Shown here: piece by piece, positions 28,730 through 36,592 of the stretch
How positions within the stretch are numbered: the first letter of the stretch is position 1
Layout of the letters: each line of letters begins with the position of its first letter
DNA from: an uncultured Christensenella sp.
GTDB taxonomy: Bacteria > Bacillota > Clostridia > Christensenellales > UBA1242
NCBI GenBank assembly: GCA_949293905.1
Contig: CASFFG010000001.1
Location: 64,461 to 128,460, forward strand
DNA: 64,000 nt
Reading direction: 5' to 3'
Position numbers and translations under genes: made by a program
Notes under the pieces: generated by a model
The model's database searches: none
Told to the model about the DNA's origin: nothing
Seen by the model: only the letters and a program-made list of their open reading frames with translations

Positions 28730-29776
28730 CTAGTTATTATTAAGTTTTACTTTGCCCGCGACTGATTTGCGAATATCATCACTAATGGCAGCGTAGTGTT
28801 TTTTAGTAGTATTTACATCTTTATGACCAAGTACTTCTGCGACTATATAAATATCTTTAGTTTCATTATATAAATTCGTGCCGTATGTCGAGCGGAGTTT
28901 ATGCGGAGTAATATTTTTAAGCGGAGTGGCGACTTTAGCATATTTCTTTACTAAATATTCCATCGCGCGTACCATCATACGCTTTCCTTGACTAGAAATA
29001 AATAGCGCGCGTTCTTCTTTTGGTAAATTTAATGTATCTCGATATGCCAGGTACTGCTTTAATGCTTCGGCTGTTTCCTCACCAAAGTATAAAATTACTT
29101 GATTACCACCTTTTCGAGTTACTCTAAACGAATTTAGGTTAAAATTTATATCGTCAACATTAAGTCCAACACATTCACTAACACGAATACCAGTTGTGAG
29201 AAACAGTGAGAGAATAGCATTATCTCTAACCTTAAATTTTTCATTGTATTTTTTCTGGTGTTCGCTAAATCCAGATAGAGTATCGCACGAATACATTAGT
29301 TCGGTGGTCTCTTGTGGTTCAAGACGAATTATCGGCTTTTCGTGTAGTTTAGGACTTGCAACTTTACTAGCCACGTTGGCTTTAAGCATATCTTTATTGA
29401 AAAAATACTTAAAAAAGGCACGTATTGTTGAGAGTTTCCTTAGTTTCCCTCGCTCACCATTTGTAATGATTTTTCCATTTTCTTTATCGTAATAGGATAG
29501 AGATGCCATAAAACGCTCAATAGTTTGGGAATCCAAGGTGTCAATATCTGCGAGCGTTATACTTTTAATCTCACGACCAACAAAATTCGTTTCATAGGTA
29601 ACTAAATAAGAGAAAAATGTTTTTAAATCTACCGCATAATTAAGTCGAGTGAGTGGAGTAGTGGTGTCTTGTATTCCAATAAAAAATATTGAACAAAACG
29701 CAGGTAAATCGGCTAACATTTCGTTTAATTTACGCATATTATTACGGTTTCTATCCAAATAGTAATTAGATGACAT
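28730..29776 (-). CDS. Tyrosine recombinase, long (348 aa) Xer-like; possibly a single-recombinase XerS/XerH type
   Basis: Catalytic residues present: TGIRVSE (Arg), HKLRST (His/Arg), LGHKDV, KKHY (Tyr). The length and N-terminal domain resemble XerS by recollection. Confidence 0.8.
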   Translation of the reverse strand: MSSNYYLDRNRNNMRKLNEMLADLPAFCSIFFIGIQDTTTPLTRLNYAVDLKTFFSYLVTYETNFVGREIKSITLADIDTLDSQTIERFMASLSYYDKENGKIITNGERGKLRKLSTIRAFFKYFFNKDMLKANVASKVASPKLHEKPIIRLEPQETTELMYSCDTLSGFSEHQKKYNEKFKVRDNAILSLFLTTGIRVSECVGLNVDDINFNLNSFRVTRKGGNQVILYFGEETAEALKQYLAYRDTLNLPKEERALFISSQGKRMMVRAMEYLVKKYAKVATPLKNITPHKLRSTYGTNLYNETKDIYIVAEVLGHKDVNTTKKHYAAISDDIRKSVAGKVKLNNN

Positions 29777-29782
29777 AATTAT

Positions 29783-29811
29783 ATTATAATATATCTTTGC
29801 GTAAAAAACAA
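29783..29811 (-). promoter_or_regulatory. Promoter TTGTTT-17-TATAAT ending 6 nt before the recombinase ATG (leaderless); the spacer is occupied by arm a
   Basis: Counted on the minus strand. No SD. Confidence 0.5.
29793..29806 (+). repeat. Arm a: ATCTTTGCGTAAAA
   Basis: Lies 17 nt from the recombinase start codon. Followed by AA. Confidence 0.8.
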
Positions 29812-29860
29812 ATGATTTTTTATGAATTTTATTAAAATTTTATTATGAAATTGTATTTTG

Positions 29861-29889
29861 TTGCAAAAAATAGACGCATGTGCTATAAT
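29861..29889 (+). promoter_or_regulatory. serS promoter TTGCAA-17-(TGc)TATAAT
   Basis: Consensus-like with an extended -10. Only about 25 nt to the ATG. Confidence 0.6.
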
Positions 29890-29913
29890 CAATACAATTA
29901 AGAGGTAGAGAAA

Positions 29914-31200
29914 ATGATTGACATTAATTTTTTAAGAACTAACCCAGATATTGTGAAAGAAAACATAAAAAAGAAGTTTCAGGACCATAAATTGCATTTA
30001 GTAGATGAAGTTATTGATATGGATATTAAAGTTCGTGCTTTAAAAAAGGAAGGAGATGACCTTCGCGCAAAAAGAAATACTCTATCAAGCCAAATCGGTG
30101 CGCTCATGAAAGAAAAACGAGTTGATGAAGCAAATAAAATCAAAGCAGAAGTCGTATCGAACAATGAGCGAATTGCGACTATTGAAAAGGAAGTTAGCGA
30201 CTTAGACGCGAAAATAAAGCACGCTATGATGAGCATTCCAAATATTATTGCAGATGATGTCCCTATTGGAAAAGATGATAAATCAAATGTCCAAGCACAA
30301 ACCTTCTTAGAGCCAAAAGTCCCAGATTTTGAGATTCCTTATCATACTGAAATTTTAGAAAAATTAGACGGAATTGATGTTGATAGTGCTAGGCGCACAT
30401 CAGGTCAAGGGTTTTATTATCTAACAGGGGATATTGCGCGTCTTCATAGTGCAATTTTAGCATACGCTCGTGATTTTATGATTAATAAAGGTTTTACTTA
30501 TGTCATACCGCCATTTATGATACATGGTAGTGTTGTCGAAGGCGTAATGAGTTTCGAAGAAATGGGGAATATGATGTATAAAATAGAAGGGGAAGACCTT
30601 TATCTTATCGGTACTAGTGAACATAGCATGATAGGGCGCTTTATGGATACCATTATTCCAGAAAATAAACTACCAATTACTCTAACATCATATAGTCCAT
30701 GTTTTAGAAAAGAAAAAGGTGCACATGGCATAGAAGAGCGTGGAATTTATCGTATACATCAATTCGAAAAGCAGGAAATGATAGTTATCTGTAAACCAGA
30801 AGATAGCGAAAGTTGGTATGAGAAAATGTGGAACTATACGGTAGAACTCTTCGTATCCATGGAAATTCCGGTTAGAACATTAATATGCTGTTCAGGAGAT
30901 TTAGCAGACTTAAAATATAGAAGTCTAGATGTCGAAGCATGGAGCCCTAGACAAAAAAAATATTTCGAAGTTGGCTCATGTAGTAATCTTTCAGACGCTC
31001 AGGCGCGTAGATTAGGCATTAGATATAAAACCGAAAAAGGAAATGTATTTGCGCATACATTAAATAATACGGTTGTAGCACCGCCTAGAATGTTAATTGC
31101 TTTTGTAGAAAATCATCTACAGGCGGACGGAAGCGTAACTATTCCTGAAGTTTTATGGCCATATATGGGAGGAACAAAAGTAATAACTCCTAAAAAGTAA
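29914..31200 (+). CDS. serS: Seryl-tRNA synthetase
   Basis: N-terminal coiled-coil arm plus a class II core (FRKEKGAHG, GSCSN). Confidence 0.95.
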   Translation: MIDINFLRTNPDIVKENIKKKFQDHKLHLVDEVIDMDIKVRALKKEGDDLRAKRNTLSSQIGALMKEKRVDEANKIKAEVVSNNERIATIEKEVSDLDAKIKHAMMSIPNIIADDVPIGKDDKSNVQAQTFLEPKVPDFEIPYHTEILEKLDGIDVDSARRTSGQGFYYLTGDIARLHSAILAYARDFMINKGFTYVIPPFMIHGSVVEGVMSFEEMGNMMYKIEGEDLYLIGTSEHSMIGRFMDTIIPENKLPITLTSYSPCFRKEKGAHGIEERGIYRIHQFEKQEMIVICKPEDSESWYEKMWNYTVELFVSMEIPVRTLICCSGDLADLKYRSLDVEAWSPRQKKYFEVGSCSNLSDAQARRLGIRYKTEKGNVFAHTLNNTVVAPPRMLIAFVENHLQADGSVTIPEVLWPYMGGTKVITPKK

Positions 31201-31210
31201 CATATAAAAG

Positions 31211-31249
31211 ACTAGCAAGTTAAACTTAAATTCGCTTGCTAGTTTTTTT
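31211..31249 (+). terminator. serS terminator
   Basis: Stem ACTAGCAAG/CTTGCTAGT followed by TTTTTT. Confidence 0.7.
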
Positions 31250-31259
31250 ATATAAGATT

Positions 31260-31273
31260 TTTTACACAAAGAT
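31260..31273 (-). repeat. Arm b: ATCTTTGTGTAAAA (one mismatch), reverse orientation
   Basis: The plus strand reads TTTTACACAAAGAT. Confidence 0.7.
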
Positions 31274-31295
31274 AATGTTTGTTTATTAGATAAAA

Positions 31296-31493
31296 TTAGT
31301 TTAGTCCACGCTGTTTCGATATTTCATAAAGGCAAACGGTGGTGGCATTAGCGACATTTAATGAATCTATACCTTTTCGCATATTTATTTTTACTAAATG
31401 ATTGGCCTTGTCTTGCCAATATTTTGATATACCAAAAGTTTCATTCCCTATAACCAACACTGTGGGCTTTTTAAAGTCACACTCGCTAATCAT
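31296..31493 (-). pseudogene. C-terminal relic (65 codons) of a SpoU/TrmH-family RNA 2'-O-methyltransferase
   Basis: VLVIGNETFGIS...LNVANATTVCLYE matches SpoU motifs 2 and 3. The N-terminal two thirds or so of a typical family member are absent. Confidence 0.7.
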
Positions 31494-31518
31494 AATGAAT
31501 ATAACAATATAGTTAGTT

Positions 31519-31532
31519 TTTTACGCAAAGAT
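31519..31532 (-). repeat. Arm c: ATCTTTGCGTAAAA, reverse orientation
   Basis: The plus strand reads TTTTACGCAAAGAT. The in-frame stop that opens the relic ORF lies just outside it, in the flanking A-run. Confidence 0.8.
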
Positions 31533-32012
31533 GTAATTATTTGATAATAAGATAAAATGTGACATGTTTTTGAAATATTAAATGGTATAAATGATAGAAT
31601 ATAACAATAAGTATAGTAAACCTGAGAGATGATAGGGAATTTCGCAATTTATTCAAAACAACTTAAAAGGCATATCACCACAAAATGCTCTCAGGCGAAT
31701 TGATTAAAATTTAGTTAAGTAATTATTCACATGGATTTACAATTTTTTACTCAATCAATACCAATTTTATAAATGGCCTAAAATCTGCGCTGAGACAAAT
31801 TGAAATAAGTTAAAATAAGGTATTGGTCATGTAGATTTTAAAAATTAAGTTAACCGGGCAACAATCTTTAGTCAAAGTGAAATTGCATGCTGATACAATA
31901 AACTTATAAAAACAATAAATACGAAAATTTATAAAAATAAACCAAAATTTATTATGTGGACAATTAAAACTAAATCTTGTCGAATAATGTCAAACTATAT
32001 AGATTAATTTAG

Positions 32013-32050
32013 AATCTGTGGACAAAAATCGGGTTTTCCACAGATTTTTT
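32013..32050 (+). terminator. Terminator-like hairpin in the ORF-free region
   Basis: 10-bp stem AATCTGTGGA/TCCACAGATT, 14-nt loop, then TTTT. Confidence 0.45.
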
Positions 32051-32065
32051 GCTCAAAATCGTCAT

Positions 32066-32099
32066 ATCTTTGCGCAAAAGAAGAGTTTTGCGCAAAGAT
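32066..32099. other. Perfect 14-6-14 inverted-arm site ATCTTTGCGCAAAA-GAAGAG-TTTTGCGCAAAGAT; candidate recombination core (dif-like) site
   Basis: Read directly. This is the architecture of tyrosine-recombinase core sites. Confidence 0.55.
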
Positions 32100-32465
32100 G
32101 TATGTATAAAAATCTACACCACTCCGCTTTTGTCCACAAATATATTTTCTCTACCTAACTAAGATTTTAGTAACATATAGGCTCAAAATTAAGCGACAAA
32201 TTAATTCTTATATAAGTAAACTTTGTTCTTGCAATCCAAATAGCATTACAATTAAATGGAATTGTTCCAGAGCAAATAACTAAAACATTTGTTTATCAAA
32301 ACACTGATTTATGTCAACATACTAGATTAAGTTAATCTTAATATAAATTAGTTGCTATAACCAAAACCAGCAATAAATTTATCTAATTAGTCTTACTAAT
32401 GTAATTCATTGTCACGCAAATTTACTCTACACTACTCTACTGCGCTTTATATATATTTGTATTAT

Positions 32466-32479
32466 ATCTTTGCGTAAAA
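32466..32479 (+). repeat. Arm e: ATCTTTGCGTAAAA
   Basis: Lies 70 nt beyond the stop of the ynbB-like gene. Confidence 0.8.
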
Positions 32480-32549
32480 AATTCATTCTAACTTATTTCG
32501 TTAAAATGAATGTAAACTATATTACCTCGAACTAAATATTTTTAAACAA

Positions 32550-33791
32550 TTAGTCTACGAGAGTTTTAATCGCATTCATAAGTCCAAGTTTTCCATGTTT
32601 ATATGTCAAACAACCTTGGAGATATCCTGCATAAGGTTCGCGCATCGGTCCGTCGCAACTTAGTTCAATACTACTTCCTTGATTAAAACTACCGCTAGCC
32701 ATGATGATAAGGTCTTCGTAACCGTCCATCTCTCCCGCTTCTAAAATTGAGTCACTATCTATCGCACTACATGCTTGAATTGCGCGAGCAAAATTAACTA
32801 ATTTGTCTCTATCTTTAAATTCAATAGTGCAAACGATATCACTAATTGGTTGGTTTACACTAGGAATAGTTTTATATCCTAAAGATGAAAGAACGCTTGA
32901 AGTTAGACGAACCAATTTCATGCTTTCTCCTACAACATGCGGAGCCATAAAGACGCCTTGAAAGAACGCCTTATAACCAGGTTCATAAGAGCCATTATCT
33001 ACACTTAACGCAGGGCTCATCATCTTATATGAAATTAACTCAATTAATTCACTCTTCCCCGCTATATATCCGCCAGTTGGCGCTATTCCTCCTCCCATGT
33101 TTTTAAGTAAAGAACCAATAACTAAATCTACTCCTACATCAGTAGGCTCTCGTATTTCAGTAAATTCGCCATAGCAATTATCTACTACGATGTATGCGGA
33201 AGTAACTTGTCTAACATATTTTACCAAACTTTTTATTTGGTCGATGGTGATTGCGTTTCTAAGGGAATACCCTCGTGAACGTTGGATATAAATCACTTTT
33301 GGTGTATATTTTTTTATCGCACTAAGGATATCAGGTACATTAAAATCATTGTTTATTAAATCTATTTCATGGTAGCTGATTTTATAGTCTTTAAGTGAGC
33401 CAATATCTCGCCCTTCTTCCCCGAAAATAACTCGTTTTAGAGTGTCATATGGAGTACCGCTTACACAAAGCATATTATCGCCAGGTCGTAAAATTCCTAA
33501 AAGTGATTGACTTATTGCTTCAGTTCCGCAACTAATCAAAGGAGAAACGAATGCACTCTCGGTATGAAAAATTGAAGCAAAAACTGCACTTATTTTTTCC
33601 TTACCAACATCGTTATGCCCATAACCAGTACTCCCAATAAAATGGTACGATTGAATATGATTTTCATTAAAAGCATTAAGTACTTTAAGTTGATTTTTTA
33701 GTTCAATCTCATCAATAGCATTAAAAAGATGCGCAATTTTTTTTTCGCTATCATTTACTAGTTTTAAGATATTTTCATTAATTTCTATCAT
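32550..33791 (-). CDS. Methionine gamma-lyase-family PLP protein (YnbB / aluminium-resistance-type)
   Basis: GSTGYGHND...LRPGD...GTPYDTL pattern. Position downstream of miaA. Confidence 0.7.
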   Translation of the reverse strand: MIEINENILKLVNDSEKKIAHLFNAIDEIELKNQLKVLNAFNENHIQSYHFIGSTGYGHNDVGKEKISAVFASIFHTESAFVSPLISCGTEAISQSLLGILRPGDNMLCVSGTPYDTLKRVIFGEEGRDIGSLKDYKISYHEIDLINNDFNVPDILSAIKKYTPKVIYIQRSRGYSLRNAITIDQIKSLVKYVRQVTSAYIVVDNCYGEFTEIREPTDVGVDLVIGSLLKNMGGGIAPTGGYIAGKSELIELISYKMMSPALSVDNGSYEPGYKAFFQGVFMAPHVVGESMKLVRLTSSVLSSLGYKTIPSVNQPISDIVCTIEFKDRDKLVNFARAIQACSAIDSDSILEAGEMDGYEDLIIMASGSFNQGSSIELSCDGPMREPYAGYLQGCLTYKHGKLGLMNAIKTLVD

Positions 33792-34684
33792 TCTCTCTCC
33801 TTTAAAAATTCGACTATAGATTCTTTCGCTTCATTTAAAGTGCAGAGTTTTAGTTCTGGAATAGTCTTTAAAAAAGTTAATTGTCGTTTACAATAGTTGC
33901 GTGAATGTTGTTTTATAAGATTTACTGTATCGTCTAGATTAGTTTTATTTTGAAAATAATCGAACCACTCTTTGTATCCAATACTATTCATTGATTGCAT
34001 GTCCTTAGTTGCTCCACTATCTATTAGTTGTTCGACTTCTTCTTTTAGCCCTAAGTTCATCATATGGTCTACACGCTCATTTATCTTTCTATAGATTTGT
34101 TCTCTATCATCGACTATTCCAAGTGCCAGGACATTAAAATTAGTTAAAATACTATCCATTTTAACCTCATCTATCCCGCTCTCTTCTAGTTCAAGATAGC
34201 GAATTACCCTCTTTAGATTATTTGGGTGGACTGAATTTGCCTTAATGGGATTTTTATTTTTTAGAATGTCGTGTACATAATTATTCCCATATTTTTCAGC
34301 CAATTTTTGATACTTTTCTCTAAATTCGAGATTGGATTTTTCACCTAAACTATAACCACTAATGAGGGCTTTAATATAAAGACCGGTTCCACCGACAACA
34401 ATAGGTAGTTTCCCACGAGATGTAATGTCAAGTATAGCCTGCTCACAATCCTTAATAAATTCACCGACATTATAATTTTCATCAAAATTTTTAATATCTA
34501 TAAGGTGATGTTTAATCTCTTCGCGTTCACTTTTCGTTGCTTTTGCACTTCCAATATCAAGTCCCTTATAAATCTGCACGCTATCGGCTGATATTATCTC
34601 ACCATTAAACTCCTTTGCAATATTTAGTGCAAGTCCACTCTTTCCGCTGGCAGTAAGCCCAGTTATTATCACTATCTTTTTCAT
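33788..34684 (-). CDS. miaA: tRNA dimethylallyltransferase
   Basis: P-loop GLTASGKS. mutL-miaA synteny. Confidence 0.9.
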   Translation of the reverse strand: MKKIVIITGLTASGKSGLALNIAKEFNGEIISADSVQIYKGLDIGSAKATKSEREEIKHHLIDIKNFDENYNVGEFIKDCEQAILDITSRGKLPIVVGGTGLYIKALISGYSLGEKSNLEFREKYQKLAEKYGNNYVHDILKNKNPIKANSVHPNNLKRVIRYLELEESGIDEVKMDSILTNFNVLALGIVDDREQIYRKINERVDHMMNLGLKEEVEQLIDSGATKDMQSMNSIGYKEWFDYFQNKTNLDDTVNLIKQHSRNYCKRQLTFLKTIPELKLCTLNEAKESIVEFLKERE

Positions 34685-36585
34685 ACTATTCTTTTAAACC
34701 ACTTCTCAATCTGTGCGCGTGAAATAACAGTTATAACAGGTCTTCCATGTGGACAAAGAAGAACTGGATTTTTTAAGTCTAAATCACGTAGTAACTCTTT
34801 AATTTCTTGTTCGCTTAACGTCATTCCTGATTTCACACTTGATTTGCATGCTTTCTGCATTAAATAGTGCCTAATCTCGTTGTCCATGCTCGGTTTTAGG
34901 TTTTTCATATCGTGTATTAAATCATCTACGAAATCCTTTAAATTAATATCTTTTAACTGCATAGGAATAGAATTGATAATTATCTTATTGTCGCCAAAAC
35001 TATCCACATCAAAACCTAATTTACTAAGTTCATCTTTCAGCGATAGAATAAAATCAACTTCCTGCACGCTCATCTCTTGTACGTAAGGAATTAGTAAATC
35101 TTGAATAATAACATTTCTATTGTTCACCATTTCAGTAAATTTATCATAATTTAATCTTTCATGTCCAGCATGGAAATCAAGCATAAGCACTTTATCTTCA
35201 TATTCTAAAATAACAAATTCATTAAATAGTTGTCCAACTATCTTATAGTTTAAAACATCTTCAATATTCGTGTAATGAGAATTTTCTCTGTCTTCTTTGA
35301 TGTCGTTTGATGTTTCGTTTACTTCGTTGATTTTAGTATTAAATTCGATTTCATTATTGTGTTTTAGATTTGTTGCAGAATCTTCATATAAATTTTTTGA
35401 TTTTTCGGTGTTCTTTAAATCAAATATTGTGATTGGTGAATATTCTGTTTGACGGAAAGTATAATTTTGATTTATCTTAATATTCGTCGGCTCTAATTCA
35501 ATTTCTTTTAATGAATTTATATCGGTTTTTATTAGATTTTCACTTAAATTTTCACCCGTTTCAGGTTGAATCGAATTATTACTAAAACTAGGTGTAGGAT
35601 TAATGAAATTATAGATAGCAGAACGAACTGCAGTATAAACTAAATCATAAATTTTACTAGGATTAGAGAATTTTACATTCATTTTGCTCGGGTGAACATT
35701 TACATCAACGTCAACTTTAGGCATATCTAAATTTAGGACATATACAGGGAATTGTCTAGTCATTAGATATTCTTCATTTGCCATATAGACTGCTTTTGAA
35801 ACAATTTCATCTATAACATAGCGCGAGTTTATCATTAGAGTTTGATAAGTTGTATTTGGTTTACTGTAGCCTACTTTTGAAACATAACCATATAGATGAA
35901 GATTTCCTATTGTTTTATCTACGGGCATAATATTTTGTGTAAATTCTTCACCATATATACAATATATTGCATCTAAAAGCGTGTTACCATGCGTTTGATA
36001 AATAATTTTTCCATTGGCAGAATATTTAAAATTAACGGTTGGGTGCGCCAAAATGTAGCGTGAAATTATATTGGTTATTTGATTTTCTTCTGTTTTAGGT
36101 TTTTTTAAGAACTTTCGTCTAGCTGGTGTATTATAAAACAAATTGCTTATTTCAATTTTAGTACCTATATCGATAGTAGAAGGAGAAATAATAGAAAATT
36201 CTCCTCCATTTACTTCCAGCGTATAGGCACAATCTTGATTTTTTGTAGTAGATACTACTTTTGCTCTGCTCACATTTGATATGCTGGCAAGTGCCTCTCC
36301 CCTAAACCCGAGAGTTCCAATCTCATCTAAATCGGTTAAATCTTTGATTTTACTAGTGGCATGAGGAAGGAAGGCCTTAACCAAATCGTCCTTCTCTATA
36401 CCTCTCCCATCATCTTTTACTTGAATATAATCAATTCCGCCATTTAAAATTTCGATAGAAATATTTTTAGCACCCGCGTCAAGCGAGTTATCTATAAGTT
36501 CTTTTACGATTGAAAAAGGGCTCTCGACAACTTCTCCCGCCGAGATTCGATTAATTATCATGCTACCAAGAATATTAATTGCCAT
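34681..36585 (-). CDS. mutL: DNA mismatch repair protein MutL
   Basis: GHKL ATPase motifs (IAAGEVV-like SAGEVVESP, ELIDNSLDAGA, DDGRGI). Confidence 0.95.
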   Translation of the reverse strand: MAINILGSMIINRISAGEVVESPFSIVKELIDNSLDAGAKNISIEILNGGIDYIQVKDDGRGIEKDDLVKAFLPHATSKIKDLTDLDEIGTLGFRGEALASISNVSRAKVVSTTKNQDCAYTLEVNGGEFSIISPSTIDIGTKIEISNLFYNTPARRKFLKKPKTEENQITNIISRYILAHPTVNFKYSANGKIIYQTHGNTLLDAIYCIYGEEFTQNIMPVDKTIGNLHLYGYVSKVGYSKPNTTYQTLMINSRYVIDEIVSKAVYMANEEYLMTRQFPVYVLNLDMPKVDVDVNVHPSKMNVKFSNPSKIYDLVYTAVRSAIYNFINPTPSFSNNSIQPETGENLSENLIKTDINSLKEIELEPTNIKINQNYTFRQTEYSPITIFDLKNTEKSKNLYEDSATNLKHNNEIEFNTKINEVNETSNDIKEDRENSHYTNIEDVLNYKIVGQLFNEFVILEYEDKVLMLDFHAGHERLNYDKFTEMVNNRNVIIQDLLIPYVQEMSVQEVDFILSLKDELSKLGFDVDSFGDNKIIINSIPMQLKDINLKDFVDDLIHDMKNLKPSMDNEIRHYLMQKACKSSVKSGMTLSEQEIKELLRDLDLKNPVLLCPHGRPVITVISRAQIEKWFKRIV

Positions 36586-36592
36586 ATAAGTC

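Larger units (their letters stand above)
31955..32138. repeat. Cluster of TGTGGACAA / TTGTCCACA 9-mers (DnaA-box-like)
   Basis: TGTGGACAA at 31955 and 32017, TTTTCCACA at 32034, TTGTCCACA at 32130. Confidence 0.6.

Noticed and set aside
29777-29913. T-box or other riboswitch upstream of serS
   Set aside because: The interval is 137 nt and contains two promoters. The serS leader is only about 25 nt, too short for a T-box.
32066-32099. The 14-6-14 palindrome as an ordinary rho-independent terminator
   Set aside because: No T-run follows it on either strand, no gene ends next to it, and the same arm occurs four more times nearby as a solitary copy. A simple terminator would not explain that.
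31955-32138. DnaA-box-like cluster as the chromosomal origin oriC
   Set aside because: Gene orientation around this region is convergent, not divergent. No dnaA, dnaN or rpmH genes are nearby. Two of the boxes are simply the two halves of a hairpin. I kept it as a finding with other interpretations.
28570-32549. Prophage, ICE or integron around the recombinase
   Set aside because: There are no phage, conjugation or excisionase genes. The recombinase lacks any feature I could tie to integron integrases, and the arms do not resemble attC R'/R'' cores. The only cargo is serS and a gene relic.
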